Assembly: GCA_964019425.1 (NCBI GenBank)
Contig: OZ025794.1
Span: 1,302,001 to 1,366,000, forward strand
DNA from: Flectonema sp. DT1601
Taxonomy: Eukaryota
Direction: 5' to 3'
DNA length: 64,000 nt
Positions 44,612-57,500 of this stretch are shown here, one piece after another. A program made the translations under genes and the position numbers. Below the pieces are notes generated by a model that was given only the letters and a program-made list of their open reading frames with translations, was not told where the DNA came from and made no database searches. Positions within the stretch are counted from its first letter, which is position 1. The number at the start of each line of letters is the position of its first letter.

Positions 44612-46105
44612 ATGACTGACACTAAGAAGGAAGAGGAGGCCGTATTGTTGGATTTTGATGACGATGAGGATGTCAAGCAGACTGAAGCTCAGGAGACAAC
44701 AGCTACTGCAGCTGATGGAGGATATTCAACTGCTCAGATTAGAGGATTTAGAGAATTCTTGTTAAGACCAGAACTCAACAGAGCTATCATGGATAACGGT
44801 TTCGAACATCCTTCTGAAGTTCAGCATCAGACTATCCCAGCTGCTATTCTTGGGCAAGATATTTTAGCACAGGCTAAGTCTGGTATGGGTAAAACAGCTG
44901 TTTTTGTTTTAGCACTTCTCCACCAAATCGCTGAAAGTGAAGAGAGGGGAATGAAGGCAATCTGTTTGGTCAACACCAGGGAACTTGCTTTCCAAATTCA
45001 GAGAGAGTTCTTGAGATTTTCGAAGCACATTCCGAACGTCAAGGTTGCTGTGTTCTTTGGAGGAATACCAATTGCGAAGGACAAGGCAGTGTTATCAAGC
45101 AAGGAAGATCCACCATGTGTCGCTGTAGGAACTCCGGGTAGGATGGCTGATTTGATCCAAAAAGGTTTTTTGAAAACCGACAAAGTGAAGTACTTCGTTC
45201 TTGACGAAGCCGATCAACTTCTCGACAAACTTGACATGAGAAAGACTGTGCAGGATTGTTTTATCGCCTGCCCTACTAACAAGCAGGTTATGATGTTTTC
45301 TGCAACACTTGCGAAGGATGTGAGAGACATCGCCAAGAAGTTTATGAAGGACCCTCTTGAAATATACGTCGACTCCATGGCGAAGCTTACCCTTCACGGT
45401 CTTCAGCAATACTACGTTGAGGTTGAGGAAGCTGAGAAGAACAGAAAGTTGACTGACCTTCTTGACTCTCTTGAGTTCAATCAGGTTATGATATTTGTTA
45501 GATCATCGCAGAGAGCTCAGGCTCTTAACCAGCTTTTAAGAAAGACGGGATTCCCTTCAACATGTATCCACGCTCGTATGAAGCAACAAGAAAGAATTGA
45601 AACCTACCAGGCATTTAAGGACTTCAAGTCACGTATCTGTGTAGCAACCAACCTGTTTGGACGTGGTATTGATATCGACAGAGTTAATATTGTTATTCAA
45701 TATGACATGGCTGAGTCTGCTGACACTTACCTCCACAGAGTTGGACGTGCTGGTATGTTTATTTGTAGTCTTTTTTTTTTTTCATATGAAGAGCCATTAT
45801 ATTGGCGTTTTTAATGTTTTAACCATAACAACAAAACAGGACGATTCAGTACCAAGGGATTGACTATCTGTTTTCTCACAAGTGAAGCTTCCGAGACCAA
45901 GGGAATTAACCCTGTGACCAAGGAGAAGTTTCCAGCAGACAAGGAAGTGATGACTGCCGTACAGGACAGATTCGAAGTATGAGATGATATATTTTATGTA
46001 CTTTGATGTTTGCGTGACAATAGAACAAAATAAAATAAACAAAAACAGCTATGCGTTGAACCACTCCCTGAGAAGATCGCAGTAGAAGCCTACATGCAGA
46101 ATTAG
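44612..46105 (+). CDS. SUB2: UAP56/Sub2 (DDX39) RNA helicase, copy 2; exons 44612-45752, 45840-45976, 46049-46105
   Basis: Same motifs as copy 1; introns 45753-45839 and 45977-46048 at identical positions. Confidence 0.93.
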
Positions 46106-46467
46106 ATAGCAAATAATTGATGTGGAATAATAATAGTTTCTTTTTTTATATTTTAATTTGTTTTTCCCATTTTCTTTCGAAATGAGCAATTTATTATACT
46201 TTCCATCCCCTGTTAGTTAGTTTTTTTTTTTTCCTTTTTTTCTTTTTGAGATTCCGCTTTCAGCGGGTCTAGCCAGCCGAAAGACTACAGCCAGTAATTA
46301 AAAAACAAAAAAAAAAAATTCTAAAAAAAGTTATGAATAATAAACAACAAAGATAACAAAAAAGGAAATCGAATACCCTTACTAAAGCCACAAGTGTAAT
46401 CCAGAATGGAGTATCATGAAAAAAAAGAAAAAAAAGTACCTTAATTCACTTTCGACAATCAGCAATA

Positions 46468-47693
46468 ATGAAGATAGGAAAATATCAGTTGGGCAAGACC
46501 GTCGGAAAGGGAGCATTCTCTAAGGTCAAGGTTGCAATCAATACGGAAACAGGAGAGGAATATGTTATTAAAATTATTGATAAGACTGGCAGAGGATCAA
46601 AGACAGGAGTAGTCATAGAGAAAGAAGTAAAGATGGAAATCTCATTAATGAAGTTACTTAAACACAAAAATATAGTACAAATGTACGAAGTGATGGAATC
46701 ATCAAAACATTTCTATATCGTTTTGGAGAGTGTGAGAGGAGGTGATCTCTGCGATCGTATAATGGAAAACGGCAAACTAACAGAAGAAGAAGCACAACAC
46801 TACGTACGACACCTCATAGATGGCCTTCTAGCATGTCATCAAAACGGAGTAGCACACAGAGATATCAAACCTGAAAACATGTTAATCTCTAAAGATAACA
46901 TCCTTAAGATCGGAGACTTCGGACTCTCACGATTCCACCGCGGCAGAGGTGAAATTAAAGGAGCCTCAGACCTCTCTACCGATGCTGTCGGAACTTTATC
47001 ATATGCCGCACCTGAAGTCCTTGGAGGTCACTATGATGCATTTAAAGCTGATCTATGGTCAATAGGCGTCTTATTGTTTGTCGTGTTATCAGGAAAGTTT
47101 CCATTTGGGTGTGTAGGATACACAGATGAACAGATTAAAGCTGATATTCGAAAGGCAAAAATTAATAGATTTCCGAAGAAGATATCTGATGGAGCGAAAG
47201 AGTTACTTCACGGATTAATAGTATTAGATCCAGAGAAGAGACTTACCCTAGAGAAGATTCAGCAGCATCCATGGGTGTTGGGTAAGGAAGGATTGCTTAC
47301 TGACGCAGCGAATCAAGAGCCTCAAGCAGCTGCAAGCCCAACTATCCACATCCCTATCAGAACTGCTATGCTTGACTGTGCCAATGCAATTGATCAAACC
47401 ACATCTCCTCAATGGTCAGAATCACCTGTAAATAACAATCCAAAACAACATTTTCTTCCATCGCTTTACTCTCCTGCGTGTAAAAGCACTTCCCCATCCA
47501 ATACTGCTTCACAAATGAGAGTACCATTAGGGAGTAGAATGACAATGGATGAGCTTAAACAATTAATAGAAGATGATAGGCGAGCTCAGGTGGGTATGTG
47601 TTATTTATTCTGTATGGTAGAAGGGGAAAATAATGTCAATTAAAAATACAAAAAAAAAACACAGCTCGACAGCAACCGGCGCGGAAGAATTAA
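46468..47693 (+). CDS. CAMK-group (SNF1/AMPK/CIPK-like) Ser/Thr kinase with one 3' intron
   Basis: GKGAFSKVK, HRDIKPEN, DFGLS, GTLSYAAPE, KADLWSIG. Intron 47594-47664 (stop at 47693) or 47590-47664 (stop at 47709). Confidence 0.9.
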
Positions 47694-50600
47694 TCAGACA
47701 ACATCATAACTTGTTGTGAAGATAGTTACGAGTAGGTAGCTGTTGTAGCTCTAATGGAGGACATCTGGGATGAGCGTTTTGCAGAACCGTGAAGTACGCA
47801 CTATTCACTTTCATAACCCTAAAGTTGTCTGCAGTTACTATTTTGCAAGATAGTAGGATTGTGAATTTTTCTTTTTTTTATATTAAATTTTTTTTTTTAA
47901 AAAAATATTTTTGTTTTTCTATATCCGAAACACTCACTGAACTTGCGCGGAAATCAAAACAAGCTTCTCCGTACTTCACCACTCGCAAATGAATAGTTAC
48001 CCCGAAAAGGTCATCGTGTCAAGGCTACCTTCAGGGATTAATGCTTGGGGAACTAAAAAGATAAAAAATAAAACCCCTTTTAATCTCTTAAAATTTATAG
48101 ATAAAGCATCTCGATTTCACCATGAAATTAACAGACAACCATTTTTGAATAAAGTAATTTCTTCATAAATATTGGTTGTTGTTTTAATTGTTTGTATGTG
48201 AAATGCTTTAATAATCTTGGACCCTACTGATATTTGTGTTAAGTATGATGTAGTCACTCACGGACTAAATGCAACTTCTTAACTTCAAAATATGCGACGG
48301 TCCTCGTTATATCTTATCATTTTATCCAATGTAATTCGTTTTTTTTTTTTTTTTTCCCTCCCCCCTTTTTCTGTTAGTGTTTTTGTAAACGCGAAAAAAA
48401 AAATTAAAGGAATGAAAAAAATATTAGAAGGAAAAAAAAAAAAAAGTAAACAAACTCTAGATCCTCTGCTTGCGATGGGAGGATGTTTCTTTTCACAAGT
48501 TCTCTGAGTGAATCTCAGGACTCTCATGTTGCCATCCAGCTAATTCGTTTTTTTTTTTTTTTCGTTTAGGGAGAGCATGTTGGTATCACACAAAAACCGC
48601 TATTTTCTCAGTTGGTTTTTGCAGACAAATTTATTAGTGATTATTAGTATAGCCAATTCTCTCTTCTCTCCTTTTTTTTTTTATATTTATTCCTCCCACG
48701 AATATCTCAATATTTTTTTTGTGTTTGATAATTTGGTTCTGTTTTTATGCTACGTAAACATTAAAGCTGGTCTCCCCCCCCTACACCTCCATCCCTTTTT
48801 TTTCTATATCTCAATTTTCATTCTTGTGTGTATTGCCACATCTCTATTTATGTGTTCCAAGCGAAACCGACTTTTTTTAGATGTCAAAAAAAAAAAAAAA
48901 AAAAATGTCGCGCAATTGCAAAGGACTGATGTGTGGTATATAATTACAGACCCTTTAATTACAAAATTATAAAATTGCTTAGTTTTTTTTTTTTTTTTTT
49001 TTTTTTCCCCTTCTTTTCCCGTTGGTTTTTTTTTTTTAGGAAAGCCGTCGGGAAGAAGCGGGATGGGAGGGGGGGGGAAAAGTGTTAAAAAAATGCGAAG
49101 TGCGCGCTTCACTTTTTTTTTTTTTTTTTTTGTTGTCGGCTCTGTTTCTGGGGGAAAAAAAAAAAAAAAAAAAAAAAAATTAAAATAACTACAGCTACTG
49201 CTATCCGCAGCAGCGAAAAATGGAGAACTCTTTTCTTGCCTCCTCCTCAACCTCTCATTCGCTCCTTTCCCTCCCTTCCCCTTCGTTTGTGTGACAACGA
49301 GAGAAATAAAGGAAAACGCAGCAAAGTGTAGCAAGTGCAGAAAAAAAAAAAAAAAAAAAAAAAGAATTTTTACTTTGTGATTGCAATGTATTTGGTTTTC
49401 TTCTTTATAAGTATTGTGCGTGAGACGGTCTGGTGACGTTGTCGTTTGTGAATAACAGACTTTTTTTTTTTTTTTGTTCTCTTTTTTTTCTTTCTTTATA
49501 GATGTCTTCGAGGCATGTCGGCACTCGGCAGGCTTAGGTCATCATTTGAGCAACATGTTTACACCCCCATCGTAGCATATTAGCTACTTTTGTTTTACAT
49601 TTGTTAAACACCTCTTCACTTAAGTCAGTCATCAGTTACGATAGTTTAATATCCAACAAGTTCGATTCCGGGGAACGAGAGAGAGAGATCCTGAGAAACG
49701 GCCATTCTTTAAATCTATTCTGTTACTACCTCTGTGTGTTAGGAGCAAAGTTTTAAAAAATAAATAAAAAAAAATACCAACTAAGATTATGCGAGTTTAA
49801 GACTTAATTCTGATTTCTATTTCTTCCTCCTGTTTCTTGCTCCCAGAATATAACATGTGGAAAGCACAACACGTATTTGCGTTTCATCATGGTTGCAAGA
49901 CTAGAAAAGATTGCTTTTTTTTTTTTAAAGCAGTGAAAGGTCGTGACTACCGACGCGAAGCAGCCCAAAGGAGGAAAAAGAAAAATCATAAATGATGCGC
50001 TTTATAAAAATATGGGAAAAAAAAAAAAAAAAAAAAAGAAAAAACTGGCCTCTGGTCACATGATTGAGTTTTCTGTTAAATTTCCTTTTTCAAGAAAAAT
50101 CTATTTTACTATTTTTAGCAAAAACGCGAGCGCTGAGTTGCCTTTGGGATAGTAACCCGCTTGTACTAACAAGCAATACACTGGTAGCCAAAAGCAAGCT
50201 TGATGTTCCACATCGATTGGAATGATCGTCGTCGCTATTTCTAGTCAACAACTTCAACTAACTTTCCTCGACTGACTGCCGCATGCACAGTCGGGGTCTT
50301 TTCATATTTACATCGACTCTACCCCGTAAACGTAATTTATTGTTACTGAGCGTTGTAATAAGAAAACTACTGTGGGCAAGTGACAGCCGCGTTAACCTTT
50401 TCTGGTTCTGCGCTTGGAGGCAACTCTCCATCGGTTGCCTACCAAAAAAAATAAAAAATAGCTACTTGATGGAAGCTAACTTTTTGTTATGTAGCTTTGA
50501 CAGCGTTTGACAGCAATCCCCCTTCTGCCGTCGTTAAATAAGTAACACCACCCCCTGCGTTAACCTTTTTTGGTTCTGCGCGCAAAATCAATAATTACGT

Positions 50601-53129
50601 TTCTTATCTTACTTTCATCTCCCCCGTTCCTCTGCTCTCGGGTAGGACTCAGAAGGACTCAGATGCTGTTAGGAATTTAATAGTTTTTTTTTATATTTTT
50701 TTTCTTATTCCAAAGTTTTTTTTTTAATTTTTCCTGCCTTGGTTGAAACGCCAAAAAAGAAAGGTACGGAGGAGGAAAAAAAAAATTTAAAAAAAAAAAA
50801 AAAAAAAATGATACTAATAAATTATAATAATAATAATAATAAGGCGTCTTTGCCAACGCAAAAAATAATAGTCATTTCAAAAACAGATTTTCTTGTTGCT
50901 CTCCTTTTTTGTTTTCTATGTGAATCGGATGCTTTGTTTGCAACCGGTATGAGTGCCTGACCGTCTTTATTCGTTGTTCTACTCCCTTTGTAGAAAGCAG
51001 GTAGGGTTTTCATCTCTCACTATGCTCTTTATTCACCTCCACTAGGGGGGAAAAAAATAAAATAAAAAGCTTCTCTCCTGCACATGCGGAAAAAAAAAAA
51101 TCGCAAGGGTTTGTCTTGTGTGTGCCCACGTCTTTTAGTAGATTCTGTGGTCTGTTTTCCCAACACCCAAAAGAAAAAAAAAAAAAAAAAAAAAGGAGGC
51201 TTCATCTAAAACGAAGACAGACTCTTGTTATTTTTTAAGAAGCCTTGTCGACTGTTTTTAAGATGTAAAAAGCAGTCAATCAAAGCAGAAAGGTTAGCTC
51301 CATTAGGTTAGGCGCACTTTGCATTTTTTTTTTTTTTTTTTTAAACTAGGATTCTATCTACTACGGTTTTTCTTAAGCGCGCGCAGGTTGCTTTGTAGTT
51401 TCTTTTTTTCTCTCTTCCCAGTATGTCTCTGGGAAGCGCCAGGATAGTTCGTATTTTCGTAAGACCTTGCCTCTGTTTTTTGTGATTTTTTTTATTAACT
51501 TTTTTAAAAAAGTAATATTTTTGTTAAAAAGAATTTTTGGTCGGAAACCTTTAGTAGTGATAGTGATAGCACTTTTTTTTATTATTTTATTTCATTTTTG
51601 TGATTTTTTCATTTTTTTTTTTTGCAAACAATACGGGTATAAAACAACAAAAAAAAAAAAAAAAAAAACCATCCCGAAGCGTCACGGAATAATTTTTTTA
51701 AAAAAAAAAAAAAAAAAAAAATAAACATTATTCTTCTCTTCCGTCTGACGCGGGTAACTATTACGCTCACATCTTGTTTCTTGTGCATTATTATTATCCT
51801 TTTCTCTAGCTGATTTTGTGCACAATTAACGAATAAATTAAATGGATTTTTTTTTTTTTTTTTGTTGTTTGTTTTTGTTTCCGTTTCGTCGAAAATTATT
51901 TTTATTATCAAACAAAAAAAAAAAAAAAAAAAAACATCTGCTGACTTATATTCCGAGTCAGGACAGAACACAAACCGGATGATATTTTCCTACGGACATA
52001 GCGTGTGATCATTTTCCCGTTGTACTGTTCCATGATGCCCCCCGACATGCATCACCGAACCTAAAAAAGATATTTTGGTCGAAAACAGCAACTGAGAACA
52101 AAGAGTCCGAGCTACCACTACCAACTACCTCGCAACGTCTTATGTACCAGTGAGAGTTTTTTTTGCCTACTCTGAAAATTCTGAAAATGAAAGTAAAGTC
52201 TTCTGCCTAACTTCTCAGGTTAACCTAATTACTTTATTTTAAGTATTTTTTTAAAAGTTTATTTACATTTCTTTTCATTGTTGTATCACGTCCCGTACCC
52301 CTGGTTACAAGTGATTCGTTTATCTTATTTTTTTTTTCTTTTTTGTGCTTGTTTCTCACTCCTTTCCCCGATATTCTTCTTTTCATTTATATTTCTTTTT
52401 TTTTTTTATCCATTCCCCCCAATATTTTGTTCCCCTTCATCTTGTTTGAATTCTCGACGTGAAAAAAATGAAACTTGAAGATTGCTTGCACTTGTTGCAA
52501 AAGAAAAATTAAAAAAAAAAAAAAAACTTTTGTTGTCACTTAGCTTCGAATCAAGGTTTTGCATTCTATATGCGATAGTGTTGTTGCAAGCCCAGGACGG
52601 TCTGAAATTTACCAATAGAAAGTAATTGAAGTTGGGTTCGACAGACTGGGGAAAAATGGAATAGCACGAAAAAAGAAATGAATAAAATAAAAATAATAAT
52701 ATTATTACTTTGACACTATAATTGATGAAAAATAAATATCAGTTGTCGGTGGGAGAACGAGAAGAAAAAAAAAAAAAAAAAAAAAAAAAACACTTCCAAA
52801 AAAACGTACCCTTTTTTTTGGAAAATAAAGTACAAAACCACCTGTGAGAACCCACCGAACGACCTCAAAACTGTTTTCACTGAGAAATGAATTAAGCACG
52901 CAGATCACGCTGATGTTTTGCTCTTGTTATTACTACAGGTAAAATTATTTTATTTATTACATCACTTTCTCTTATAGAATTAACATGGCAAAGACGGCTT
53001 GATCTCCTCTTTTTAAGTTTAATTACGGTTTCAGTTGAAGACCAATTCAGACTTCAATCAAATATTATTATTTATCACTTAACAGACGAGGCAATCAGAA
53101 AGTAAAAAAGAAATAATAAACAACAAGCA

Positions 53130-54065
53130 ATGCAAGGAGAAAGAGCAATAGTAACACCTGGAAACTTGCTAACATCTGAAGCGAGTAATTGGCTTCATGG
53201 TAAGGGAACCTTTACTGATGATGGTGAACTGTTGTCGAGTATGTGTGGAGAGGTTCAGATGACAGGTAGAATGGTCCGAGTTCAAGCACCAACAGGAAAG
53301 TTCACAGGTAACACTGGTGATTGTATTGTAGGAAGAGTAACAGCAGTCATGGCTGGAAGATGGAAAGTTGACGTCAACGGACATATCCATTCCGTACTTC
53401 AACTACAGAATGTAAACCTCCCAGGTGGTCATCTTCGTAGAAAGACATCTGAAGACGAGCGTCAAATGAGAACACTATTCCGTGAAAATGATGTTCTTTC
53501 TGCGGAAGTACAAAAAGTAAACAAAGACGGCTCTCTATCCCTCCACACCAGATCATCGCGATATGGAAAACTATGCGGTGGCTCCTTAGTAACAGTACCA
53601 ACTGCTTTGATAAAGAGATTAAGTAGCCATTTTCATAACTTTTCTTTTGGTATCAGAGCACTTATCGGAGTAAACGGTTACATTTGGTTGTCAAAGAGTT
53701 CTGAAGAACCTTCTCGTGTTCAGAAGAAACGTCGTCTTGACGACTCCGAAAGTGATGATGGCGAAGAACAAAAGAATGATCTATTCACTCGCTCTAGCAA
53801 TGTTGAAGGAGAAGCACCAGAACCAGTAGTACTCCCTCTAACTGTTGAAGATAGAGTTAATATTGCTAGGTTACGTATGGCTTGCATTATCCTGGCGCAG
53901 GAATTTCTCGAAATATCACCTCCCACTATGCTCGATGTCTACGGGGCATCAATCGATTATCAAATCAGACCATCTGATATGTGTTTAGACTCTCACAGGG
54001 CTAATTTAATACTTATGGCAACTCAGAGGATTAAAAACGGAGGGAAATTACCAAAAGCAAAGTAA
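53130..54065 (+). CDS. RRP4: Exosome complex subunit RRP4 (EXOSC2)
   Basis: IVTPG, GDCIVGRV, WKVDV, NLPGG.LRRKTSEDERQMR, LHTRSSRYGKL, IGVNGYIW. Confidence 0.93.
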   Translation: MQGERAIVTPGNLLTSEASNWLHGKGTFTDDGELLSSMCGEVQMTGRMVRVQAPTGKFTGNTGDCIVGRVTAVMAGRWKVDVNGHIHSVLQLQNVNLPGGHLRRKTSEDERQMRTLFRENDVLSAEVQKVNKDGSLSLHTRSSRYGKLCGGSLVTVPTALIKRLSSHFHNFSFGIRALIGVNGYIWLSKSSEEPSRVQKKRRLDDSESDDGEEQKNDLFTRSSNVEGEAPEPVVLPLTVEDRVNIARLRMACIILAQEFLEISPPTMLDVYGASIDYQIRPSDMCLDSHRANLILMATQRIKNGGKLPKAK

Positions 54066-54533
54066 TCACACTTTACTAACTATTAACTGGTTAATGTTAT
54101 TTAGTCACCCGAGTGAGGTGAAGTATTATTGTGACTTTGTACTCTACCCCACGGTACTGCTTTGTTCTCCCCAGAAGTCCTGCTGTTTTCATCGCAGGTT
54201 GGCTCACTGTAAGGAGAATTATTATTCTAAAAAAAAAAAATAAGTGAAATTTATGAAGTGACTGCAAGGTTCGTATCATTAAAGAAACATTACGTAATTT
54301 TATATTATAGGCGTACCTTACCATAAAATAAATTAACTTCTTCTTCCCCCCCCTTCAATATGGAGATACCCGATTAAAAACAGGTGATGACTGTAGTGCG
54401 AATAATAAGAGAGGTTAAAACATCCACCACATGCTTGTGGACTGTTTTTTTTATGAAGTAGGAGATTAAAATCGTATGGTAGTACTACAAATTTATTTCT
54501 TCATACAGTCAGCAGGGTGGCTACTAATAAATA

Positions 54534-57500
54534 ATGGCCAAAGGCGGAGAAGAGAAAGATACAAAATCGGGGAAGAAAAAGAGCGACAGCGGCGAGAGAA
54601 GTAGCTGTCAAAAAGCCTTATTATACGGTAAGATCTTTTTATGCCTTGTATTGTTGGGGGGTCTGGGATATGGAGGGCTCTATGTGTATAATAACTTTTT
54701 TAAAGACGATGATGTTGTCGCAGACTGCTCTGAGTACCACCTGCTGTGGGACAGCGGCAGTTGCACACCTGAAAAGTGGGGTGCTATTATAATAGTAAAT
54801 GAATCACGACCGCATACCGTCAAATCATGTGGTGACAAGTGTACTTCGAATTCGGAATGTGAAAATTTCATTCTCGATGAAGAAACTGATTGCATTCTCT
54901 TAAAGGGAAATTGTACTCGCAGTCCCATTGATAAGGGAGTTGCTTTATATCAGCGTAAACGTTCTGCATGTGTTGACACAACACAACCTGGTGTCACTCC
55001 GTCACCGCCACCACCATGTAAGGATGAGTCATCTTGGATTGATAAATACCCTGCTGCTTTAGGAAGTAGTTGTTTAGAGTACGTAACAAATAAAACTTTT
55101 AAAAGTGAAGTCATACCGAATACGACGAAAGACAGTTGTGGATGCTCATGTCTCTCTTCAAGTTGGTGTGAAAGTTTTTTGATTTGGGAAGACGACTGTA
55201 TCTTACTGCAAGAAGGTTGCACTCTTGCGGACACCGCAGGTTTTGACTATTTCGGTCCAGTACCAAAAGTCTGTGAACAAGAGTCCTCATTAGATGTTAC
55301 ATTCCCTCAAAATAGTGGTTATGGATGTAGAGAGTACTTTGAATTTACTCAGAATCCTCAAATCACAACTCGAAAACTTGATTCTACTTCAAGAATAGAA
55401 TGTGGTTGTGAATGTCTTAAAGAAACTTGGTGTGACGCATTTGTAATTCAGAATAGCGATTGTTATCTTCTCCCTTCAGGATGTACTCTGGTACCAGCTA
55501 GTAATTCAAACTACTTTGGTCGTATTAAAGGTGATACGAGAGTACCAATGACTTCAACACCGAGAACATCACTCCCTGATAACATCCAATGTACTAGAAT
55601 TATTTGGGATGCATTCTTCACAGTAACTCCTAAACACGGATGTCTAGAGTATAACTCATACGCTAGCGACCCTGCAGTGACTGTCGAAGTTGTAGAAGCA
55701 AATGTCGAACAATGTGGTTGTAAATGTTATGAGTCTTTAAAGTGTAAGGCATTCGTTATTTGGGGTGGCGACTGTCATATGTTTAGTGAGCCATGTACTC
55801 CTTCTGCAATTAGTTTAATGGATTTGTATGGCATGATTCAAAATACATACGTACCTGTGAACACACTTGTACCGGTATTGCCACCACCTACTTTAGTCCC
55901 ACCAGTTACAAGTAGCGTACCAGCAACAGCTGAACCAGTTATGGAGTGCTCTGAAGACAGTTCTTGGGATATTAGATTCCCATCTCATCTTGGAAATGGT
56001 TGTGCAGAACTTTCTTCTTATGAATCATCTCCTCAGGTGGTAATACTTACTGTTGAGAATAAAACACGAATTGAATGTGGTTGTGAATGTATTGATACTA
56101 GTTGGTGTGTTGTTTTTATTATGAATAAAGCTAATTGTATTCTTGTGAGTTCTCGTTGTACTGTTGATGGTGATCAAGAATATGATTACTTTGGACATGT
56201 TATTGGTGATACAGACATACCAGAAACAGCATCACCTCCAACAACACCAGTTCCAACAACTCAGGCGCCTCCTTCAACGGAATCACCTCCTGGAGTGACA
56301 CTGTCTCCACCAACGAATGTTCCTGATACTCTGCAACCTTCACCTGCTAATAGAACGTGCGTCCAAGACTCGTCTTGGGATACTTTATTTAAAGAACATG
56401 TTGGTAACAGTTGTGTGGAATTATCTGAAATATTAAATAGCACTATTTTAAAATCAAAAGTAATAAATAACATTGGAACTAGATTTGAGTGTGGGTGTCG
56501 TTGTTTAAATCAAAGTTGGTGTTCATCATTTGTTATTACAAACGATGATTGTTATCTTTTATCTGTTACCTGTTCTATAGAAGTAAACGCTTCAGTTAGT
56601 TATTATGGTCCACTTAAAGATTCTACATCAATTCCTGAGACTGTTGTTCCAGTTCCAAATCAAACTACTGCACCCATTGCGTTGAATGCTACGTGTGAAC
56701 CTGAAGCTAGAAATATGTCTCAATTTGCTCACATTCCAAAAGGTACGTGTTCAGAGATGTCAATAGCAAACTTCACTCGACGGGTAATCCGTTCTTCTTC
56801 ACTGTCGCCACCAGCCTTATCCTTCACAAAAGAAACTTGCTCATGTCAATGCTACCGTCATTCTTGGTGTAAAGGTTTTCAACTTAGCGGTGATTTCACT
56901 ACCTGTACATTATTTCAAGAAGGATGCACAGTGAGTCAATCGTTCGCTGTTGATATTCCCGGTAACCTTTTTATCGTTGAACCTGCATTGGCGTTGGCGT
57001 GCAAGACTGCTACCGAATTACTAACAACATCGTTTAAGCAACACAACGAGTCGATTTGTGTCACCAAGTCTGCTGCTGAAAGCAGACAAGGAGACAGCAG
57101 CATCGTTACCCCAGAACAGTGTGGGTGTGAATGTGACAAGTTAAAATGGTGTCAGGCCTTTACATTTGATTGGGAAAAGCGGAATTGTACTTTCTATGCG
57201 GCAGGTGGTTGTGATGATAAGAAAACTGGTCAAGTATTGACCACAGCATTTGTGAGAAGTATACCTCCGGCACCGAAAAGTTCTTCTTCTTCTCCTGTTG
57301 GGGTCATTGTTGGGATTGCCGCAGCGGTTTTGGTTTGTGGATGTGTTGGTGGATTGTTTTATGTAAAAAAGAAGAAATCTTCTAAAAAGTCTGAGAACTC
57401 AACAAAATTTAATTTTGAACTTGGATACGAAAACTACGGTGACGAAGCTCTCACTGACTACGCTGACCTAACAACTGATTCATTAGAAGAAGCAATGGCT

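Noticed and set aside
49630..49680. GTTCGATTCC B-box/T-loop-like motif suggesting a tRNA
   Set aside because: No acceptor, D or anticodon stems can be built around it.
47789..52908. Many short poly-Lys/poly-Phe ORFs (also 12982-14531, 17929-18496, 42161-42630)
   Set aside because: Translations of poly-A/poly-T intergenic tracts with no protein-like content.
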